A stretch of DNA of 64,000 nucleotides from Candidatus Falkowbacteria bacterium GW2011_GWF2_43_32 (lineage in GTDB: Bacteria; Patescibacteriota; Patescibacteriia; Patescibacteriales; UBA12465). Positions 58,761 to 64,000 of this stretch are shown piece after piece. Numbering within the stretch: position 1 is the stretch's first letter; the number at the start of each line of letters is the position of its first letter. Below the pieces are notes generated by a model. That model was not told the DNA's origin. It searched no databases and saw only the letters and a program-made list of their open reading frames with translations. The stretch covers positions 259,139 to 323,138 of the forward strand of contig LCGL01000001.1 of the NCBI GenBank assembly GCA_000999715.1. The letters run 5' to 3'. The translations under genes and the position numbers were made by a program.

Positions 58761-59912
58761 ATGAAAAACAAAATCTCAAAAATTTTTTGGTTATCGGTCT
58801 TGATTCTGGCGCCGGTATTGGCCGTCAACGCCGCCAACACCAAGGCCAGCGATTCCATTTATGTAGCCAAAGAAGAAATCGTCAGCGGCAATCTTTACGC
58901 CGTCGGCCAAACGATAATCATTGACGGCTCCATCAGCGGCGATTTAATCGCCGCGGCACAAACCATCACTGTCAACGGCCGAGTGGAGGGAGACGTTATC
59001 GCCGCCGCCCAAGATATTACGATTAACGGCGAAGTCGGCGGCAATATTCGTATTGCCGGCAATTCTCTGATTATCAACGGCTCGACTGTTCGCAACGTCA
59101 ATGCTTTCGGCAACAATATTGTCTTGGGCGCGGATTCACGCGTCGGCTGGGACGTCTATTTGGCCGGTGCCCGAGCCGAATTGCGCGGCATCGTTGACGG
59201 CGGATTCAGTGGCCATGTCGGACAATCTTTAATCACCGGAAAAATCGGCAAAAACGTTAATTTAAAATTAACCAGAGGACAAGTAAATCAAAATTTGGCC
59301 GTCACCGCCGAAGCGATCATCAACGGCGACCTTATTTATACTTCCAAGGAATCCGCTCAAATATCCGATAAGGCCGACATCGGCGGAAAAATAGAACAGA
59401 AAGAAAACAAACAAACGGAAACCAACCGATTTATCTCCTGGTTGTGGAGCAAATTGTTCGCCATTTTTTCAGCTTTAACGGTAGGCTTATTTCTGATATT
59501 CGTCTGTAAAAAATCCACCCCTAAAATTTTAAGCAAAATAGAAATGGCCCCGGTAAAAATGCTGGCGCCCGGATTGATAATCATGTTTATCCTGCCGCCG
59601 GCGGCCATCGTTTTGGCCTTTACCTTAATCGGTATTCCTTTAGCCGCCATTGTCGGTTTCGGTTGGATTGCGGCCGTTTATCTGGCAAAAATAATTACCG
59701 CCATTCTGGTCGGCCAATTGCTGATTAAAAAAGTTTTTCAAAAAGATGTTTCTTCTTTACTTTGGCCTCTCGTTTTGGGAGTGGTTCTCTGTTGGTTATT
59801 CTTTGCCATCCCTTTCGTCGGTTGGATTTTCGGCCTAATCGCCGTCTGGCTCGGCCTGGGAGGAATTTGGTTTCAACTTTCGGAACGTTCTAAAAATCCG
59901 GAAACGCTTTAA
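58761..59912 (+). CDS. Membrane protein with a bactofilin-like beta-helix repeat ectodomain
   Basis: Signal peptide, repeated I.I.G.V.GD motifs, C-terminal multi-TM region (TLIGIPL, IPFVGW). Confidence 0.8.
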   Translation: MKNKISKIFWLSVLILAPVLAVNAANTKASDSIYVAKEEIVSGNLYAVGQTIIIDGSISGDLIAAAQTITVNGRVEGDVIAAAQDITINGEVGGNIRIAGNSLIINGSTVRNVNAFGNNIVLGADSRVGWDVYLAGARAELRGIVDGGFSGHVGQSLITGKIGKNVNLKLTRGQVNQNLAVTAEAIINGDLIYTSKESAQISDKADIGGKIEQKENKQTETNRFISWLWSKLFAIFSALTVGLFLIFVCKKSTPKILSKIEMAPVKMLAPGLIIMFILPPAAIVLAFTLIGIPLAAIVGFGWIAAVYLAKIITAILVGQLLIKKVFQKDVSSLLWPLVLGVVLCWLFFAIPFVGWIFGLIAVWLGLGGIWFQLSERSKNPETL

Positions 59913-59932
59913 ATTTTCTAATCGCCAATCTT

Positions 59933-61354
59933 ATGAACATCAATCCCAATATTTTCCGCGGCTACGATTTGCGCGGTCTGGTCAATAAAGATTTAAACCC
60001 CGATATCGTTGAACATTTGGGCAAAGCTTTCGGCACATACCTGAAAAGAAAAAATATTTTTAAGGCGGTCATCGGCCGCGATTGTCGAGCTACCAGTCCC
60101 GCCTACAGTGAAGCGATGATTAAAGGACTGCTCTGGACCGGAATTACGGTGGTAGATATCGGCCAAACCATGGTCGGCACTTTTTATTGGGCACAATATT
60201 ATTTGGATTGCGCTGCCGGAGTTTTTGTAACCGCTTCCCATAATCCGGCCGAGTATAACGGGTTCAAATTCGCCAACGGATTTTCAGAAACGTTGGTTAG
60301 CGACGGCATGCAAGAACTGCGTCACTTGGTAGAAACGGAAGACTATGAAGCCGGTCAAGAACCCGGAAAAATCAGTCAACAAAATATCCAAGATGTTTAT
60401 TTTGCGGATTTAAACAAGCGCCTACCGATTGCCAAAAAATTTAAAGTAGTCGTTGATGCCAGTTGTGCCACCCCCGGAGTCATCGTTCCCGATTTATTGC
60501 GTTACATCGGTTGTGAAGTCGTGGAAAGCAATTGTGAAATTGATGCCAGCTTCCCGATGGGCACTCCCGATCCGACCGAATTAGCTTTAGCCACTCGTTT
60601 AAGTCAGCGCGTCTTGCAAGAGAAAGCCGATATCGGCTTTTCTTACGATGCGGATGGCGATCGTATCGGCGTCGTGGACAATGAAGGAAAAATAATTTGG
60701 AACGATGTTTTGGTCGCGCTTTTCGCCGCTGATGTTTTGGCCCGACATCCGGGCGCCACCATTATGTTTAATACTTTATGTTCTCGAGTAGTAACGGAAA
60801 CGATTTTATCCCAGGGCGGCCATCCCTTTATGTGGCGAACCGGACACTCTTTCTTAAAAAAGAAGAACCAAGAAATCGGCGCCGCTTTCATCGGCGAATT
60901 GTCCGGACACTTCTTCTTTTCAAAAGATTTTTATAACCACGACGACGGCTGTTATTCCACTTTGCGTCTTTTGAGTTATTTGACGCGCACCGAACAATCT
61001 TTGGCGCAAGCCATCGCGGTCCTGCCTCGTTATATTTCCAGTCCGGAAATCAAAGTCGGTGCGGCCGACGATTTAAAAATCAATTTGGTGGAAAAAATTG
61101 CCGCCGTATTGAAAATTGACTGGCCGCAAGCCGAAGTAATTAACGACGAGCGGGCCGGAGACGGTGTCCGCTTGGAAATGCCGGATGCGATGTTCGTTGT
61201 TCGTTATTCTCAAAATGGCCCCTATCTGACAATCAAATTTGAAGCCAAAACCGAAGAACGTTATCAAGAATTAAAAAAATATATTAATACGCTGCTTCAT
61301 AAGTTCCCCGAAATAGACTGGAGTTTCGGGGTCAATACAGAAAGCTTGACCTGA
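59933..61354 (+). CDS. Phosphomannomutase/phosphoglucomutase
   Basis: IFRGYDLRG, TASHNP, DADGDR, GELSGH. Confidence 0.93.
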   Translation: MNINPNIFRGYDLRGLVNKDLNPDIVEHLGKAFGTYLKRKNIFKAVIGRDCRATSPAYSEAMIKGLLWTGITVVDIGQTMVGTFYWAQYYLDCAAGVFVTASHNPAEYNGFKFANGFSETLVSDGMQELRHLVETEDYEAGQEPGKISQQNIQDVYFADLNKRLPIAKKFKVVVDASCATPGVIVPDLLRYIGCEVVESNCEIDASFPMGTPDPTELALATRLSQRVLQEKADIGFSYDADGDRIGVVDNEGKIIWNDVLVALFAADVLARHPGATIMFNTLCSRVVTETILSQGGHPFMWRTGHSFLKKKNQEIGAAFIGELSGHFFFSKDFYNHDDGCYSTLRLLSYLTRTEQSLAQAIAVLPRYISSPEIKVGAADDLKINLVEKIAAVLKIDWPQAEVINDERAGDGVRLEMPDAMFVVRYSQNGPYLTIKFEAKTEERYQELKKYINTLLHKFPEIDWSFGVNTESLT

Positions 61355-61375
61355 CAAACAAAATTTAACTTGTCC

Positions 61376-61409
61376 AAAAAAACCGCGCTTTAAATCAACG
61401 CGGTTTTTT
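61376..61409. terminator. Intrinsic terminator
   Basis: AAAAAAACCGCG..CGCGGTTTTTT. Confidence 0.75.
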
Positions 61410-61431
61410 GTTTTAAAAATATCGATTATTC

Positions 61432-61512
61432 CACCGTCACCGACTTGGTCGGAAGACCCCTTATGAGGTATTCTTTGAGAAGACAGGTGTTGCACTTCGA
61501 GTTTGAATGTAC
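61432..61512 (+). mobile_element. IS30-family right-end remnant
   Basis: Reads HRHRLGRKTPYEVFFEKTGVALRV*, matching the IS30 transposase C-terminal pattern R.LG.KTP.E.F...VAL; ends GTTGCACTT..TTGAATGTAC. Confidence 0.7.
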
Positions 61513-61599
61513 CCCATCTAGTCTTGACACATTTATTCAAATATGATATATTAGGAACTCAATAAATGTTCTTTACAACCAAATAAAAACTATAGCAAA

Positions 61600-62523
61600 A
61601 TGAAAAAGATAACAAACCCTATCAATCCCCGCCCCGCCGGGCGAATAAGCTGGAAAAACTTTCTCGGCAAATTATTAATTTCCGGAAAATTTTCTCGGCC
61701 AAGCTCCTCAAAAGAACAAGTAGAAAAACAAAAAATCAGGTACGCTTGGTTAAACGTTAAATATCGGGAGTTGGTCAGAGAACAGCAACGGCAAGCGGAA
61801 ATAATTAATCAACTGACGGAAGAAAACAAAAACTTAAATCAAGAAAAAGAAAATTTAACTTATCTTTTTTCCATGGTTTCCCATGATTTACGCGGCGCTT
61901 TTGGCACCACCCTGGGTATTTCCCGTCATATTGTCGACGGCAGAATGACCGAAACGAAAAAACGGGAATTTCTGAACCTCTTGCTCGTTTCGCAAGAAAA
62001 TAATTTTCAACTTCTGGACGATCTGCTCTCTTTGTCTCTGGTCCAATTAGGCAAACTGCCTTATATGCCCAGAACATTTAACCTGAGAGATAAGCTGACA
62101 AAAGTTATTCGCTTGTTGGATAACCGAAAGCAAATCAAAATAGAAAATACTGTCGGCCCGAAAATAGAAATTTTGGCCGATGAAGCCATGGTCGGAACTA
62201 TTTTGCAAAACTTTCTCACTAACGCGATAAAATTTACCAAGTCTCGCGGAACCGTTCAAATTTCCGTGGAAACTCTGAATAAATTGGCCAAAATTATTAT
62301 TGCCGACAACGGCATCGGTATGAATCAGGATACCCTGAAAAAAATCGCCGTCGCCAAACATCGTTCCACCCCGGGAACCGACAATGAAAAAGGCAGCGGG
62401 TTGGGGCTGTTAATCTGCCAAAAGATGGTTAAGAACTGGCAAGGAGAAATTTTTATTGAAAGCGAACCGAATAAGGGCAGCCGTTTTTCTTTTACGGTCC
62501 CTCTTTCCGAATTCGGAATATAA
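61600..62523 (+). CDS. Orphan soluble histidine kinase (HisKA plus HATPase_c)
   Basis: SHDLR, NFLTNAIKFT, DNGIGM, GSGLGL, GSRFSF; no TM or sensor domain; TTGACA-17-TATATT promoter at 61524. Confidence 0.9.
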   Translation: MKKITNPINPRPAGRISWKNFLGKLLISGKFSRPSSSKEQVEKQKIRYAWLNVKYRELVREQQRQAEIINQLTEENKNLNQEKENLTYLFSMVSHDLRGAFGTTLGISRHIVDGRMTETKKREFLNLLLVSQENNFQLLDDLLSLSLVQLGKLPYMPRTFNLRDKLTKVIRLLDNRKQIKIENTVGPKIEILADEAMVGTILQNFLTNAIKFTKSRGTVQISVETLNKLAKIIIADNGIGMNQDTLKKIAVAKHRSTPGTDNEKGSGLGLLICQKMVKNWQGEIFIESEPNKGSRFSFTVPLSEFGI

Positions 62524-62651
62524 TATCGGAAGTTTTCAAAAAACAAACAATCTAAACAACAAAGCCTAATCTCTATAAAATATGATTAGGCTTTTTTATT
62601 AATTAATCTGATCGCCGCTTGACGATTGTTCTTACCCGTCGACTTGGCTCG

Positions 62652-64000
62652 CTATCGTCCATAGGCCTCCTTGATATACTGTTTCAAAACTCTTTCCGTG
62701 TTGAAAAATGAAGCGTTGCGGCCGATGACGGAACGCATCAGTTTATCCCATTTTTCCGGTTGATTATAATAAAGCGGCAAAATTTCTTTTTCCAATAAAG
62801 CATAAAGATTGTTCCGCCCGTCGGCTTCTTCTTTGATTGTCCAGCCCGTCCGATTTTTAACATAAGCTTCCGGCCACCATCCGTCCGGCGTGCTCAATTG
62901 CGGCACGCCATTGGCCGCCGCTTTCATGCCGCTGGTTCCCGAAGCTTCATGCGGAGGCAGTGGAGTGTTGAGCCATAAATCCACGCCGGCCACCAACAAT
63001 TTAGCCGTACTCATATCATAATCTTCCAAAAAAACCATTTTTATCCGGCCCGATAGTTCATCTTTAAAACGGCGAATTTGCCCGACCAGCTTTTGCCCGG
63101 CCGCATCCCGCGGATGAGCTTGTCCGGCATAAATAATTTGTATCTGCCCGCCTCGTGCTTGCGTCATTAACAATTGTTTAATGTCCCGAAACAACAGACC
63201 CGGTCTTTTATACGTCACCAAACGACGCGCGAACCCGACAGTAAAAACATTCTCCGCCAATTTTTCCGAGGATGTTGTGGCAACATATTTCAACAACCGA
63301 CGCTTGGCCAACCGATGTGCCGTCCGAATTTCCGTCAAAGGAATTTTTCTGGCCCGATGCAATAAATTATTCTTAAAACGCCAACCCGAAAAATATTTAT
63401 CGTATAACTTTTGAAACTCCGGCGCCGTCCAGGTCGGTAAATGCACTCCGTTGGTAATGGCTCTGATACGATAATCGGGCCAAAGCGCCGCAACCGTCGG
63501 CCGATGTTTTCGGGAAACCGTATTGGCGTAAGCGCTGAAGTAAAGAGCGACGCGTGTAAAATTAACTTGATGATTTTTTACCAGCTTATCCGAATCACCG
63601 GGAAAATCCGGTTGATGACGCAACAAATACGCCAACGGAAAAATATCTTGCGCTCCGGGAAGCGAGGTGTGCGTGGTAAAAACACAATGTCGTCGCGTCT
63701 CCCGAAGACGAGCCACAAAAGTCGTCGGAGGAAGATTCAAAAAAAATTCCACGGCAGCCAAAGCGCCGTGTCCCTCGTTGAGATGAATTTTTTTTATTTG
63801 ATTATAGCCCAAGGCTCGCAACATTCGCACTCCCGCCCGACCCAAAATAATTTCTTGTTTCAACCGATATTCCAAATCGCCGCCATATAATTCATCGGTT
63901 AATTTCCGATCGGCCGCTTCATTTTCTGGTCTGTCGGTATCCAAAAAATAAACCGGCGTCGTCGTTCCCGAGCGCGCCGGCAAAGAATATTTCCAAACTC
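62652..64000 (-). CDS. glgP: Alpha-glucan phosphorylase (5' end outside window)
   Basis: LYGGD, HLNEGH, FTTHT, ITNGVH, FARR..YKR, EASGTSGMKAAANG. Confidence 0.95.
   Translation of the reverse strand, partial: VWKYSLPARSGTTTPVYFLDTDRPENEAADRKLTDELYGGDLEYRLKQEIILGRAGVRMLRALGYNQIKKIHLNEGHGALAAVEFFLNLPPTTFVARLRETRRHCVFTTHTSLPGAQDIFPLAYLLRHQPDFPGDSDKLVKNHQVNFTRVALYFSAYANTVSRKHRPTVAALWPDYRIRAITNGVHLPTWTAPEFQKLYDKYFSGWRFKNNLLHRARKIPLTEIRTAHRLAKRRLLKYVATTSSEKLAENVFTVGFARRLVTYKRPGLLFRDIKQLLMTQARGGQIQIIYAGQAHPRDAAGQKLVGQIRRFKDELSGRIKMVFLEDYDMSTAKLLVAGVDLWLNTPLPPHEASGTSGMKAAANGVPQLSTPDGWWPEAYVKNRTGWTIKEEADGRNNLYALLEKEILPLYYNQPEKWDKLMRSVIGRNASFFNTERVLKQYIKEAYGR

Overview
This window is chromosomal DNA from a small-genome bacterium, most likely Patescibacteria/CPR (Parcubacteria-like). 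That assignment is inferred from AT-rich, Shine-Dalgarno-poor gene starts, a VirB2-like pilin, PilT, an archaeal-type PyrH, and an unlinked, intron-bearing 23S gene. Most of it is housekeeping: murD, murI, holA, rpsT, rpsO, pnp, rpsP, khpA, trmD, rbfA, infB, rny, HU, adk, pyrH, recA, glmM, rnc, nusB, rpmF, ftsH, rpsA, smpB, tig, hppA, nusA, gdhA, trxA, recQ, folD, glyA, elp3, PMM/PGM and glgP. It also holds 9 tRNAs, tmRNA, and a 23S-5S unit with no 16S, carrying two group I introns that encode LAGLIDADG endonucleases. The most striking observation is the 23S leader. It contains a near-consensus promoter, a 13-codon uORF (MQKKLRNYLKKRF), mutually exclusive antiterminator and terminator hairpins, and a boxA-like site, which together look like a translation-sensing attenuator controlling rRNA synthesis. 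Other highlights are a cassette-like array of foreign-looking genes anchored at tRNA-Gly and punctuated by TTATAA-core repeats, an Elp3 plus Trm9-like wobble-uridine modification pair, an L2500 intron ending in A rather than G, a ~240-nt 6S-like rod RNA before rny, and a CsoR/CstR-like regulator with an operator ahead of trxA-gdhA. Three 30-35 nt gaps in essential 23S regions are probably assembly artefacts. All calls were made by eye; no database searches or folding programs were run.
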